This document shows positions 21,988-33,383 of a stretch of DNA of 64,000 bases, piece after piece (the first letter of the stretch is position 1; every line of letters starts with the position of its first letter). The notes below the pieces were generated by a model that searched no databases, was not told the origin of the DNA, and saw only the letters and a program-made list of their open reading frames with translations. The translations under genes were made by a program, and so were the position numbers. The stretch is from an uncultured Negativicutes bacterium. Its GTDB lineage: Bacteria > Bacillota > Negativicutes > JBAXTZ01. The stretch lies in contig CAVRJL010000015.1 of the NCBI GenBank assembly GCA_963721525.1, positions 91,771 to 155,770 of the forward strand. Direction: 5' to 3'.

Positions 21988-23108
21988 TCATACTAACATC
22001 TCTTTCAATAAAATTTCTTCGGCAATTTTAAAAGCAGCTTTCGGTTTAGCTAACTTCAAAATGTTCATTTTTAAAAACTTTATTTTCTTTTTTGAAAATA
22101 AAAGCTTATAAATCAGGTTATTTAAATCTTTCAAATCTTTAAGAATTATAGCAGAATTATTTTGCAAAAGAAATTCTGCATTGTGCCATTCATGTCCTGG
22201 AATAGGTTTAAAAATAACCATAGGTAATCCACAACTTAATGCTTCTGCTATCGTAACACCGCCTGCCTTAGTAATCATTACGTCTGCCGCAAACATTAAT
22301 TCGTTGATAAAATTAATATAAGAAAAAATTTTAACACATTTGGAGTTATCAGTATTAAAATACGATAACTCATTTACCAATTTGTCATTAGTACCTGCCA
22401 CAATAATAATATTTATTTTATAAGAAATTTTACATAATTGATTTAAAATTTCTTTCATTGGTAAAAGACCCGTTCCTCCTCCCATTATAATAATAATAGG
22501 CTTATTAGGGATCAACCCTAATTTTTCGCAAATTTCATTACGTTTAATATATTGGCAAAAATAGCGAGAAATTGGGATTCCATAAACACAAATCTTTTTC
22601 TTAGATATACCAAGATTAATTAAAGCTTTTTTAACATTACTATTTCCCACAAAATATTTACGCAAATTTTTAAAATACCACCAATAGTGCATTGAATAAT
22701 CTGTCACAATTCCATATACAGGAATATTTATCTTTTTTTTCTTAATAAGTTATCTAAAATTCCGGCAGGTAAAAAATGAGAACAAATAATGGCCTCAGGA
22801 TTAATTCTTTTTATTTCCTTGTACATTTTATAAGAACCAATAATATTAAAAATACTTCTTATTAGCGTGAAACGTGCGTAATTGTTTTCAATTTTATATA
22901 ATACGCCATACATTATGGGTATTTTACTAATAAGGATAAAATAAAATTTAACTGCTATTTTTTCTATTATCGAAGGATATAAAGAAAAAATATTAATTAA
23001 ACGTATATCAAGGTTATTATTTGTCATTTTCATTGCTTCTATAACTGACTTGGCTGCACTTGTATGTCCATAGCCAAAAGGTGCGGTGAAAAATAAAATG
23101 GGTTTCAT
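21988..23108 (-). pseudogene. UgtP/MGDG-synthase-like diacylglycerol glycosyltransferase, split by a frameshift
   Basis: The N-terminal piece (22728-23108) ends ...LLRKKR*. The C-terminal piece (21988-22707) continues with the conserved IPVYGIVTDYSMHYW block in the +1 frame. The junction lies in a T8 homopolymer at 22733-22740. Confidence 0.75.
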
Positions 23109-24089
23109 TTTCTTCTACTTTTATTTTTTATATTTATTTTTTTATATTTATTTTTTAAAAGTATGATTCTTTTTTAATTGCATACGATAAAAAGCTACGA
23201 GTGTTAGAAAAGTGATTTTAATTTTTCTATTTACAGCACTAATATCTTTTCCCTATACTTACTTATACTCATATAACTTAGGTACAATATATACTAGCAC
23301 TAATTTACGAAACTAATTCTGAGATTCGCATCGTGTATATCAAGGGTTTAATTTCAAAGAAAACATTTTTCCTTGAAATTTTTTTCTTTGAAATTATTTT
23401 GCAATACCATGCATACCTATAACATTATAAGCCATTAGTATAACAGTTTTTATAATATATATATAAAAACTTACAGGCAATTATATAAATTTTATTGAAA
23501 CACTAAAAATATTCTTAGCTTTATTTTTATTTGCAGATATTTAGAAAATTATATCAACCTATACTCTTAATCGTTAATTACGAAACCTAAAAACTTAAAC
23601 TTTAACTATATTTTTTGTAGCTTGCACAAATTATTCAATACAGAACGTTTATTTTGATTTGTATTTATTTTCTTTTAATTTTAAAATTAAACTATAACCT
23701 ATTAAAATAATATTAGCCGTATATTTACTTATATATATTTATCTATCAAAAAATAACAAACAAAAAAGGTAACCATCTACATTAGATTAACTATACAAAA
23801 AAAATATTGGCATTAACGGTAAAATTTATTAATATTCTTAAACTCGCGCCTAGGATTGACATTATACTGAATAATATTGTAGATTCTATATATTCGGTCT
23901 CTTTACATGATAATATATTCACAAAATTAAAAATAGCAACCACAAATTTTTGTTAATAGCTACTTTATTATTAAACTATACCCACGAAATAAACAATGGT
24001 ATAAATATACTATTGTCTTAAATTTTCTAAGTATTCCAAGCGCTGCTACAAAAAACTGATTATAAAAAATCTATTAAAATAATTTATAT

Positions 24090-24938
24090 TTACATCGAAT
24101 TATATAAAAAATTCGTCATAATGACAAACTCATTTACACTTAAAGTTTCTCCACGCCTATTGCAATCAATGCCTGTTGTCATATAAAAAGATTGTACTTC
24201 ATCTTTAGTAATTCCAATATTTATCAGATTATTTTTTAAAGTTTTTCTACGTTCTGCGAAGGCTGCTTTGATTAAATAAAAAAAAAACTTTTTATCTATA
24301 ACTTTTACTGGAGGACACTGTCGCAAATCAAAACGCATCATACAAGAACTTACTTTCGGCTCAGGAATAAAAGAACTTGCTGAAACCTCAAAAAGTATAC
24401 TAGGAATAAAAATATAATTTACAGCTACACTCACTGCTCCGTATTCTTTAGATGAAGGATTTGCAATAAACCGTTCAGCAGTTTCTTTTTGTACCATAGA
24501 TAAAATAAATTTTAAAGGCGGTTCCTGTTCAATAAGAGTCATAATAATTGGTGTAGTTATATAATAAGGTAAATTTGCTACTATTTTATAAGATTTACCT
24601 CCAAATAAATTTTTTAAGTTCATTGACAATATATCGTTTTGTATTATTTGTAAATTACTTTTCTGTAGTAAAACCTTATCTAAAACCTCAACCATTTTTT
24701 TATCTAATTCTATTGCTTTAACAATAGCTCCGGCATTTAATAAACCTTCGGTAAGAGAACCTATACCTGGTCCTATTTCCAACACCAAATCATTCTTCTT
24801 TATATTAGCCATATAAATAATCTTTTTAACAACATTTTCATTTATTAGAAAGTTTTGCCCTAATTTTTTAGATGCCCTTATTTTAAAATTTCGCAAAATT
24901 TCTTTTGTTACATCTCTTTTAGCAATTGTTAAGTTCAT
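24090..24938 (-). CDS. rsmA: 16S rRNA (adenine1518-N6/adenine1519-N6)-dimethyltransferase RsmA/KsgA
   Basis: 282 aa with a SAM-binding motif (LEIGPGIGSLT) and the KsgA family pattern (QNFL). Confidence 0.9.
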   Translation of the reverse strand: MNLTIAKRDVTKEILRNFKIRASKKLGQNFLINENVVKKIIYMANIKKNDLVLEIGPGIGSLTEGLLNAGAIVKAIELDKKMVEVLDKVLLQKSNLQIIQNDILSMNLKNLFGGKSYKIVANLPYYITTPIIMTLIEQEPPLKFILSMVQKETAERFIANPSSKEYGAVSVAVNYIFIPSILFEVSASSFIPEPKVSSCMMRFDLRQCPPVKVIDKKFFFYLIKAAFAERRKTLKNNLINIGITKDEVQSFYMTTGIDCNRRGETLSVNEFVIMTNFLYNSM

Positions 24939-25128
24939 TGATTTGCGTTATTTCTCATTTCAATTTTTAAAATATGAATTCACTATTCAGATTTTTTATT
25001 GCTACATTATAGCTGTTCAACCTATTTAAAAACCGTTTATAAACGTATTGACTATTGGTTATAATACTACTGCTTAAAACAAATTATTCTTAACAATGAC
25101 AAAATATATTCTTTTATAAGCGAAAGAT

Positions 25129-25320
25129 TTTTATTCATTATTTGAGAATATAAACTTTCATCATTCGTTTTCCAAACTTAACAGCTTCATTGTGATAATT
25201 CATGCAAAGATCAATTCTATTTCCTTTTATTACTCCTCCCGTATCAGCGGCTATTGCCATACCATAGCCTGGAATATACAAGCGCGTTCCTAAACGAATA
25301 ATAATATGAACATAAAAAAA
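25129..25320 (-). pseudogene. 3D-domain (MltA-like / YuiC-type cell-wall hydrolase) gene remnant; only the C-terminal ~60 codons remain
   Basis: The reverse complement reads ...IIIRLGTRLYIPGYGMAIAADTGGVIKGNRIDLCMNYHNEAVKFGKRMMKVYILK*, the hallmark 3D-domain C-terminus. There is no upstream ORF, start codon or signal peptide. Confidence 0.6.
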
Positions 25321-25595
25321 TCAAAAAAACATAAAAGAATAGGTATTAACTACTACTTAAAATAACGCTAACATAGAAAAATAAACTAAATGAACTTCAT
25401 AAACTTCTAAAAATTTTAAATACACAAATAAATACTAAGGTATATGATTTTTTACTTTTACATACTATGTTAAACTATCTAATAATAAGTAAAAGAATTC
25501 GGTAAGGTTAGGTATTAATGGTTTACTTCTAAATCGTAAATCTAATATGATTACAATTTAATTGATAAACTAAAGTATTTATTTAAAAGGAGAAT

Positions 25596-26045
25596 ATGAT
25601 AATGAATTATGATATAAAAACAAACTTAAATGCTTTTTTATCTCGACACTCAACTATGACTGTATCAACTGCATCTAGTAATGGAAAACCAATGGCACAT
25701 ACTGTATGTTTTGCTCATAAAGAAAATAGAGTTTATTTCCCCACTTCGAAAAATAGCCGTAAAATTACAAATATAGCATCTCATCCAGATGTATTAATTA
25801 CCATGTATGATCAACCTATTAAATATAATGGAATCCAATCAATCCAAATAGGAGGAAAAGCTTTTATTTTAACAGAACCGGATCGAATCAAAGAAGCGGA
25901 AGAATTACTCAAGGCCAAAATACCAGAACTATCAACAATTTTACAGCAAATACCTAATTGTGTAATATGTAAAATTGAATTGACTGAAGGTCATCTTATA
26001 GATAATAAAATTCATTTTGGATTTACGGTAAAAATTAAGTATTAA
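25596..26045 (+). CDS. Pyridoxamine 5'-phosphate oxidase-like FMN-binding split-barrel protein
   Basis: 149 aa with a PNPOx-like general-stress-protein-type pattern. It is the only convincing plus-strand gene. The start is preceded by an AAAGGAGAA RBS. Confidence 0.65.
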   Translation: MIMNYDIKTNLNAFLSRHSTMTVSTASSNGKPMAHTVCFAHKENRVYFPTSKNSRKITNIASHPDVLITMYDQPIKYNGIQSIQIGGKAFILTEPDRIKEAEELLKAKIPELSTILQQIPNCVICKIELTEGHLIDNKIHFGFTVKIKY

Positions 26046-26304
26046 ATCAAATAAATCATTACTACTATTATTTTTTGTAAACCGAATAACAAATTATATT
26101 CAAAAATTTGGTAGTTTCATATCTGTTGTTATAAAAATACGTGCCGAAAACATAAATTCTATTTTATCCATAAAGTTTTGTAGATCTTTTTCTAATATAA
26201 TAAATAAAGTTAGAAACTATCTAACTGTGCCTGTAATTTTAAACGGTTAAATATCAACTATTTTTATTCTCTTAATAAATCAAATATATCTTTCAAAACT
26301 ACAT

Positions 26305-27042
26305 TTAAATAAAAAATCCTCCATTTATATTTAAAACATGTCCTGTTATAAAATCCGCTTCTTTAGATGCAAAATAAAAAACCGACTGAGCTACCTCTTC
26401 TGCCGTTCCATATCTAGAAAGAGGAGTATCATTTATTAGGCGTTGTTTATTTTTGTTGTCAATATATTTATTCATATCAGTATCTATTATCCCAGGGGCT
26501 ATGCAATTTACTTGTATGTTAAATAATCCCACTTCTTTGGCGAGTGCTTTAGTAAAACCAATAACTGCAGCTTTAGCCGTAGAATAATGAACTTCGCATG
26601 AAGCTCCTGTCAATCCCCACATTGAAGATATATTTATTATTTTCCCTTTTTTATGTGAAATCATTTTCGGCAAAATTAATTTACAACAATTAAACATGCC
26701 TTTTATATGGACGTTAATCATATTATCCCATTCTATTTCACTTATATCTATAAATAATTTTTGCTGAGCGATACCTGCATTATTTACTAAAACATCTATA
26801 TCTCCAAACCATTCAAAAGTGTTTTGTACCATTTCTTTTACTTGTTGATTTTTTGTTATATCAGCTTTATGAAGCATCACATTACAACCAACTGCTTGAA
26901 GCTCTTTTTGTAATTTTTGAGCTTGAAGGTACGAGTTTAAATAATTTATTATTACATTATAATTATTTTTAGCAAATAACTTAGCTATTTCCCTTCCTAT
27001 TCCACGTGATGCCCCTGTTATTAAAATTGTTTGTTTTTTCAA
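26305..27042 (-). CDS. Short-chain dehydrogenase/reductase (FabG-like 3-oxoacyl-ACP reductase)
   Basis: TGASRGIG Rossmann motif, NNAG, and the catalytic S...YxxxK triad; 245 aa. Confidence 0.8.
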   Translation of the reverse strand: MKKQTILITGASRGIGREIAKLFAKNNYNVIINYLNSYLQAQKLQKELQAVGCNVMLHKADITKNQQVKEMVQNTFEWFGDIDVLVNNAGIAQQKLFIDISEIEWDNMINVHIKGMFNCCKLILPKMISHKKGKIINISSMWGLTGASCEVHYSTAKAAVIGFTKALAKEVGLFNIQVNCIAPGIIDTDMNKYIDNKNKQRLINDTPLSRYGTAEEVAQSVFYFASKEADFITGHVLNINGGFFI

Positions 27043-27208
27043 AAAAATCTCCTTTAAAATCTAATACAATTGATAGGATTTTATTTTAGTTATTTTTCGT
27101 TTATCGTGAACAATACAGATAATTTCTTTCTATATAATTTTTACTGAACCATATTGTTTACAATATTTTAAATACTTTATATCATTTTTACTGGCTATAT
27201 TTCAAACT

Positions 27209-27586
27209 TTAAACTTTTAAATTTTTCTTATTTAAATAATTTTCTATCGTTTCCCTTAAAGTTATTACGCCAAGATTTGAACAATGCATTTTATTATTTG
27301 GCAAACCGTCTAACGCGTCAATAACATCTTTCTCAGTTATTTTTAATGCTTGCACAATCGTTTTTCCTTTTGCCAACTGAGTTATCATACTACCTGTAGC
27401 AATAGATGCTGTACATCCGAAAACAAGATATTTTACATCTTGTATTATACCGTTAGATACCTTTATAGTCATATTTAATAAATCACCGCAGCTTGCGTCT
27501 CCGTGGGTTGCTTCTCCGTCAGACTCATCAATACTACCTGTGTTTTGCGGATTTACAAAATTTTCGATTACTTTATAAGAATACAA
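27209..27586 (-). CDS. nifU: Fe-S cluster assembly scaffold NifU/IscU
   Basis: 125 aa with conserved cysteines (GDASCGD...FGCTASIATGSM...HCSNLG). No adjacent nifS/iscS was found. Confidence 0.85.
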   Translation of the reverse strand: MYSYKVIENFVNPQNTGSIDESDGEATHGDASCGDLLNMTIKVSNGIIQDVKYLVFGCTASIATGSMITQLAKGKTIVQALKITEKDVIDALDGLPNNKMHCSNLGVITLRETIENYLNKKNLKV

Positions 27587-28044
27587 AACTAACGCTCCCT
27601 CATATTAAAATCATTTTTAAATAATCAGCTATTTTTTAATTTAAAGGCAATGGGGAAATGATATTATTTTACTTTTTATATTATCCTAGCAAATATTTCG
27701 CTAATTTTTCTTAAATGCTTTTTATTGTTAAATATTTACTTTTCTTTTATATTGCTTATAGGCCAATGTTTAAACATTTTTTTGTTCTGCTATAAACCGT
27801 ACTAGCCTGTATCTGAACTTAGTATTATACTTTGTTTAACGGCTTTCTATTTTGCTTTTTAGTAGTATTGAAAATTTGGTATAAAAGGTAAATTCATAAT
27901 AAAAATAAGCATATATTTTACTTATTCAAATATTACTAAACTATTTCAAAAGCATTTTATAAAAATAAACAATACATCCTATTAAACCAGTATATCCAAT
28001 CAAGGATTTTTTATAATAATTCACTTACATATTAACTCACTATA

Positions 28045-30459
28045 TTAGGTATTTAATGTTGTTTTTACGTGTGAAATATCCAAATTTTTAAAGTTTTTTA
28101 TATACTTTTTTAATTTCTGTACAGCTAAGTTATGAACAGTATCTTGAGGATAGTTATGATTTTTGTTAGGCGTACCCGCTTTTTTATCTGTAAGTAATTC
28201 TAGTCCTTCATCAATTGTTTTAGCGGCATATATATGGAATTGTTTGTTTTTTATCGCTTCAATTACTTCATCTTTTAAGTTTAAATTTTTAATATTTGGA
28301 TCAGGAATTAAAACTCCTTGTTTACCTGTTAATCCTTTTAGCTTACATACAATGAAATATCCTTCTATTTTTTCTGTTACTCCACCTACAGGTTGTAGTT
28401 CTCCCTTTTGATTTACAGAACCTGTTACAGCTATGTACTGTTTTATAGGTATTTCTGATAAACTAGATATTATAGCATAAAGTTCAGCGCTGGATGCACT
28501 ATCTCCATCAACTCCGCTGTATTCTTGTTCAAAAGTTAAACTGCAAGATAAGCTAAGAGGTTCATTTTGAGCGTATTTTTCTCCCAAATAGCCTGCTAAA
28601 GTAAGAACTCCTTTACTGTGAATACTCCCGCTTATTTGTACTTCTCTCTCTATATTTATAATACCTGCTTTCCCCATAAAAGTGTTTGCAGTTATTTTTG
28701 ACGGTTTACCAAATATATATGCTCCTGTGCTTATTACCGCTAGCCCATTGATTTGCCCTGTTTTTTTACCTTTAGTATCAAGCAAAAATATTTCTTTTTC
28801 AAACATTTCATGTATTTTTTCTTCAATTTTATTTTCTCTTTTATCACGTTCATATATAGCTTTTTTTACATCGCATCCGTCAATGCCAGTTTTGTTTTTC
28901 TTTGTAGCCCACACATCTGCTTCACAGGCAAGCTCTACTATATTTTTAAACTCTGTGCTCAATTTATCTTGACTTCCGGCTAAACGGCTACAATATTCCA
29001 TTAGAGCAAAAATACCAGTTGTATCAAAAGGTTTCAATTTCTCTTGTTCAATAACTGAATTAATAAACCAATGCAGCTTTTCAATATTTTCAGAATTATT
29101 CTTCATTTCTACGTCAAAATCGGCATGTATTCTAAAAAGTTTACTAAAATCCTCGTCGTAACTGCTAAGAAGCATATGAATCATAGGATTACCTATTAAG
29201 ATAACCTTAATAATCAAAGGTATAGGCTGTGGTCGAAGTGACGCCATGGCCAACAAACTGTACTGTTCTCCTAAATTTTCTATAAAAAGCTGTCCTGTTT
29301 TAAGCGCACGTTTTAATCCTTCCCAAGCTCCTATATTCATTAATAAATCTTTGGCATTAAGAATTAAATAACCCCCATTTGCTTTATGGAGAGCGCCTGG
29401 TTTTATCAAAGTAAAATCTGTAGTTAGAGCGCTCATTCTATTTTCGTATTCAACTCTACCAAAAAGATTATAATATGTAGGATTTATTTCAAACACTACG
29501 GGAGCTCCTTTTTGTTCTTTATTATTAATAAATATATTAACCTTATAACGCTCCATTCCATCATCTTTTTTTTTGCCTATAATATTTAAGGCATTTTCTT
29601 CTTCTTGAACGGAAGTTTTAAAATTATTTAAATTTTTTATCATATCAGCTTGAACTTTTTTTAAATAATGATAAACATCCTTAAAATTTCTATATTTTTC
29701 TAAAAATTCATTTAAAACCCTTTCAACCGTATATAGAGCAATTTCTTCATCAAATTGTTTTAAATTTCCTCTCATTTCTCGATCAACTTTTTGTATTTTT
29801 CGAACTACCTCAAGAGCCATATTGTGGACTTCTATCATTCTTTTATCTATTTCTTCTTTATCTATGTTGCTTAATTTTTGATATTCTTCTGAACTGATAG
29901 GTTTATTATTTATAATAGGTACTCCGACGAAACCTGCCGATGTCCATTGAGGAGAGACTCCCATCTCTTCAGCTTTTTGATTAAATGTAGAAAAAACTTC
30001 TCCTCTTGTTTCTTGTACTTGTTTTATAATCTGACTACGCGTTTTTTCATAATTTTCCGAGGAAAATGCTTTATTTACTTCTATTTTAATTTCTTCAACA
30101 ATTTTTTCCATATCATTATAAAGCTCAATACCCATACCTGTAGGTAAACATATCGCTATAGGGAAATCAGGAGAAACAAAGTTATTAACATACACCCAAT
30201 CGTTAGGACTTTGTTCATTATCGGCCAACCTTGATACTGCTTTTTTGGTATATGTTGTCTTACCTGTTCCAGCTATGCCAGAAATAAAAACGTTATATCC
30301 ACATTTTTTCATTATTAAACCGAACTCGATGGATTTTACTGCTCTATCTTGTCCTATTATTTCTTCTATAGGTTCAATTTTATAATTTTCTCTAGGTAAT
30401 TGTGTTTTATCACAAAAATATTTTAATTCTTTCGCTTCTAACTCACGCCATGAACCCAT
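28045..30459 (-). CDS. Lon-like ATP-dependent protease (COG1067 family: AAA+ module plus S16 Lon protease domain)
   Basis: 804 aa with Walker A (GIAGTGKTT), a C-terminal Lon proteolytic domain with catalytic Ser in DGDSASSA, and a downstream Lys. Confidence 0.8.
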   Translation of the reverse strand: MGSWRELEAKELKYFCDKTQLPRENYKIEPIEEIIGQDRAVKSIEFGLIMKKCGYNVFISGIAGTGKTTYTKKAVSRLADNEQSPNDWVYVNNFVSPDFPIAICLPTGMGIELYNDMEKIVEEIKIEVNKAFSSENYEKTRSQIIKQVQETRGEVFSTFNQKAEEMGVSPQWTSAGFVGVPIINNKPISSEEYQKLSNIDKEEIDKRMIEVHNMALEVVRKIQKVDREMRGNLKQFDEEIALYTVERVLNEFLEKYRNFKDVYHYLKKVQADMIKNLNNFKTSVQEEENALNIIGKKKDDGMERYKVNIFINNKEQKGAPVVFEINPTYYNLFGRVEYENRMSALTTDFTLIKPGALHKANGGYLILNAKDLLMNIGAWEGLKRALKTGQLFIENLGEQYSLLAMASLRPQPIPLIIKVILIGNPMIHMLLSSYDEDFSKLFRIHADFDVEMKNNSENIEKLHWFINSVIEQEKLKPFDTTGIFALMEYCSRLAGSQDKLSTEFKNIVELACEADVWATKKNKTGIDGCDVKKAIYERDKRENKIEEKIHEMFEKEIFLLDTKGKKTGQINGLAVISTGAYIFGKPSKITANTFMGKAGIINIEREVQISGSIHSKGVLTLAGYLGEKYAQNEPLSLSCSLTFEQEYSGVDGDSASSAELYAIISSLSEIPIKQYIAVTGSVNQKGELQPVGGVTEKIEGYFIVCKLKGLTGKQGVLIPDPNIKNLNLKDEVIEAIKNKQFHIYAAKTIDEGLELLTDKKAGTPNKNHNYPQDTVHNLAVQKLKKYIKNFKNLDISHVKTTLNT

Positions 30460-30473
30460 TTAATCCTCCTTAC

Positions 30474-31907
30474 TTATAACCGTTCTTTAAGTAATTTATT
30501 AACCATCTCAGGATTAGCTCTCCCATTTGTTTGTTTCATTATCTGTCCTATTAAAAATCCTATAGCTTTTTCTTTCCCCATTTTGTAATCATCTACAGAT
30601 TTAGAATTATTTTTTATAACTTCTTCTACTATTTTTAGCATAGTTTTTTCGTCACTTATTTGCTCTAATTTTTTTTCATTTATTATTTCTTGTGCCGATT
30701 TTTGACTATTCCACATTTCTTTAATAACTATTTTCCCTATATTTAGAGAGATTTTTCCTTTTTCTATTAAAAATATCAATTCGCCTAATTTCTCAGCGCT
30801 TATCCTAGATTCACTTATTTTAATATTTGTCGTATTACATAATCTTAATAATTCTCCTATTAGCCAATTTACTGCGCTTTTAGGATTACATCCTAGTTTT
30901 CGTAATCGATCATAATATTTCGCAAACGCTAAATCACCTATTATAATGGAAGCGTCATATTCAGATAAACCGTCATCGTTTACCAGCCTTTTCAGTCTGC
31001 TTTCAGCTAATTCAGGTATTTGTCCCTTTATATTCTCAATAAAATCTTTTTCTAACTTTAAAGGAGGCAAGTCAGGCTCAGATAAATAACGATAATCACT
31101 AACATTTTCTTTCATTCTAAGCAATAAAGTAACTCCTTTGCTCTCATCGAAGGAACGTGTTTCCTGAAATATTTTTCCCTTTTCTTGTAGTATTTTTATT
31201 TGTCTTTCTACTTCGTATTCAATCCCATCTTGAATGGATTTGAAGGAATTAAGATTTTTCAATTCTATTTTCGTACCAAATTTTTCTTGCCCTATTAATT
31301 TTACAGATACATTAGCATCACAGCGAAAACTCCCCTCTTCCATTTTACAATCCGATATATTTATATATTGTAATATATTTTTCAATTTTTCTAAATAGGC
31401 TTTTGCTTCTTGTGCACTACGTATATCAGGTTCTGATACTATCTCAATCAATGGTATACCCCCACGATTATAATCTATATAAGTTTCATCCGAAATAATT
31501 ATATTTCCTTTATGTACCAATTTACCGGCATCTTCTTCCATATGAATACGAGTTATGCCTATTTTTTTTATTTTGTTATCAACTTTTATATTAATCCAGC
31601 CACTACACGCTATAGGCAGATCATATTGAGATATTTGAAAATTTTTCGGAATATCAGGATAATAATAATGCTTACGATCAAATTTAGAATATGTTGCAAT
31701 ATTACAATTAAGAGCCAAGCCTGCTTTCACTGCTAATAGCAACACTTTTTTATTCAAAACAGGTAATATACCAGGCATTCCGATACATATAGGGCATATA
31801 TTTGTATTAGGGAGGGAGCCAAATTTTGTACTGCAACCACAAAACATTTTACTATCTGTTTTCAGTTCGACATGCGTTTCTAACCCTATTATAGCCTCAT
31901 ACTTCAT
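30474..31907 (-). CDS. gatB: Aspartyl/glutamyl-tRNA(Asn/Gln) amidotransferase subunit B
   Basis: 477 aa with a GatB pattern throughout. It follows gatA by 2 nt. Confidence 0.95.
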   Translation of the reverse strand: MKYEAIIGLETHVELKTDSKMFCGCSTKFGSLPNTNICPICIGMPGILPVLNKKVLLLAVKAGLALNCNIATYSKFDRKHYYYPDIPKNFQISQYDLPIACSGWINIKVDNKIKKIGITRIHMEEDAGKLVHKGNIIISDETYIDYNRGGIPLIEIVSEPDIRSAQEAKAYLEKLKNILQYINISDCKMEEGSFRCDANVSVKLIGQEKFGTKIELKNLNSFKSIQDGIEYEVERQIKILQEKGKIFQETRSFDESKGVTLLLRMKENVSDYRYLSEPDLPPLKLEKDFIENIKGQIPELAESRLKRLVNDDGLSEYDASIIIGDLAFAKYYDRLRKLGCNPKSAVNWLIGELLRLCNTTNIKISESRISAEKLGELIFLIEKGKISLNIGKIVIKEMWNSQKSAQEIINEKKLEQISDEKTMLKIVEEVIKNNSKSVDDYKMGKEKAIGFLIGQIMKQTNGRANPEMVNKLLKERL

Positions 31908-31908
31908 A

Positions 31909-33339
31909 CTATATACCTCCGTTTAAAGCAATGCGATTAGCTAAGCCTGTTTCTCTCTCAAAAGAAAATCCTATTCTTAACAATTTTGCTTCATCAAGCG
32001 CTTTTCCGATAAGTTGCATTCCTAAAGGTAATCCATTTATATAAGCGCATGGCAAAGATAAAGCAGGAATTCCTGCTAAATTCACAGTGACAGTACAAAC
32101 ATCTGTCAAATACATTGCGAGAGCATCTTTTATCTTTTCGCCTATTTTAAATGGAACAAAAGGAGCTACAGGTGTAAGCAAAACATCGACTTTCTGAAAA
32201 ATTTCATCAAAATCCCGCTTTATTAAATGACGAATTTTTAGAGCTTTTAAATAATAGGCATCATAGTAACCTGATGACAATACGTATGTTCCAAACATTA
32301 TGCGCTTCTTAACTTCCTCACAAAAACCTTTATTCCTAGTATTTTTCATCATTTCTGTTACATTGTTACCATTTACCCTTTTGCCATACTTCACACCATC
32401 AAAGCGGGCTAAATTTGAACTTGCCTCAGCTGTACTTATAATATAATATATTGCCAACGCATATTTGATATTTGGCATATTAATATCAATAATTTCAGCG
32501 CCAAGTTTTTTATAAATATTTATTGCGTCTTCAAAAGCTTTTCCCACCTCACAGGGTATACCATTGTCGAAATATTCTTTTGGGATCCCTATTTTAAATC
32601 CTTTAATTCCTTTATCAATTTTCGCTGTATAATCTTCTTTAGGCCTATTAATACTTGTTGAATCTTTATCATCATAAAAACTTACTTCATTCATTAATAA
32701 AGCCGCATCATAGACATCGCGCGTTAATGTTCCTACTACATCTAAAGAAGAAGCGTAAGATACTAATCCATAGCGCGATACACGTCCATATGTAGGTTTT
32801 AATCCGACTACCCCACAAAAAGCAGCAGGAAGGCGCACTGAACCTCCAGTGTCAGACCCTAATGCCCAAATTGCTCCTCCATAAGCCACGGCTGCTGCGC
32901 TTCCTCCACTGGAACCACCTGGAACACGGCTTAAATCCCACGGGTTTTTAGTAATAAAAAAAGCGGAATTTTCGGTGGATGATCCCATAGCGAATTCATC
33001 CTGGTTTGTTTTTCCTATAATAGGTGCGCCTGTATTTTTAAGTTTTGCTACAACTGCGGCATCATATGGAGGAATGAAGTTACTTAAAATTTCAGAAGCG
33101 CATGTTGTTTTTATTCCTTTAACACAAAAATTATCTTTTATTGCTCCAGGAATACCATATAGTGCAGAATTATTGTTTTGCACAACATTTTGTTCCTCCA
33201 TGAAAGTTATATATGCTTTAACTTTTGGATCTATTTCGTTTACTCTTTTTTTTACGCTTTGCCAAATTTCTTTAACCGCAATATTTTTAGCATACAATTC
33301 TTTTTTTAATTGTGCAATAGTCATTTTAAAAAGTTCCAA
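31909..33339 (-). CDS. gatA: Glutamyl-tRNA(Gln) amidotransferase subunit A
   Basis: Amidase signature (GGSSGGSAAAVA, Ser-cisSer-Lys triad context). The start may be the internal ATG at MTIAQL rather than the TTG. Confidence 0.95.
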   Translation of the reverse strand: MELFKMTIAQLKKELYAKNIAVKEIWQSVKKRVNEIDPKVKAYITFMEEQNVVQNNNSALYGIPGAIKDNFCVKGIKTTCASEILSNFIPPYDAAVVAKLKNTGAPIIGKTNQDEFAMGSSTENSAFFITKNPWDLSRVPGGSSGGSAAAVAYGGAIWALGSDTGGSVRLPAAFCGVVGLKPTYGRVSRYGLVSYASSLDVVGTLTRDVYDAALLMNEVSFYDDKDSTSINRPKEDYTAKIDKGIKGFKIGIPKEYFDNGIPCEVGKAFEDAINIYKKLGAEIIDINMPNIKYALAIYYIISTAEASSNLARFDGVKYGKRVNGNNVTEMMKNTRNKGFCEEVKKRIMFGTYVLSSGYYDAYYLKALKIRHLIKRDFDEIFQKVDVLLTPVAPFVPFKIGEKIKDALAMYLTDVCTVTVNLAGIPALSLPCAYINGLPLGMQLIGKALDEAKLLRIGFSFERETGLANRIALNGGI

Positions 33340-33383
33340 TTTTTTCTCCTTTATCCTTCTATTTTTTCTCCTTTATCCTTCTA
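33340..33383. repeat. Perfect 22-bp tandem duplication spanning the gatC stop codon and gatA RBS
   Basis: TTTTTTCTCCTTTATCCTTCTA occurs twice back-to-back. On the coding strand that is TAGAAGGATAAAGGAGAAAAAA x2. Confidence 0.9.

Noticed and set aside
28045-30459. Lon-like protease as a BREX BrxL-type defence component
   Set aside because: No pglX, pglZ, brxA/B/C or other defence genes are nearby. It sits between nifU and gatCAB in a housekeeping context, and its architecture matches the widespread COG1067 Lon-like family.
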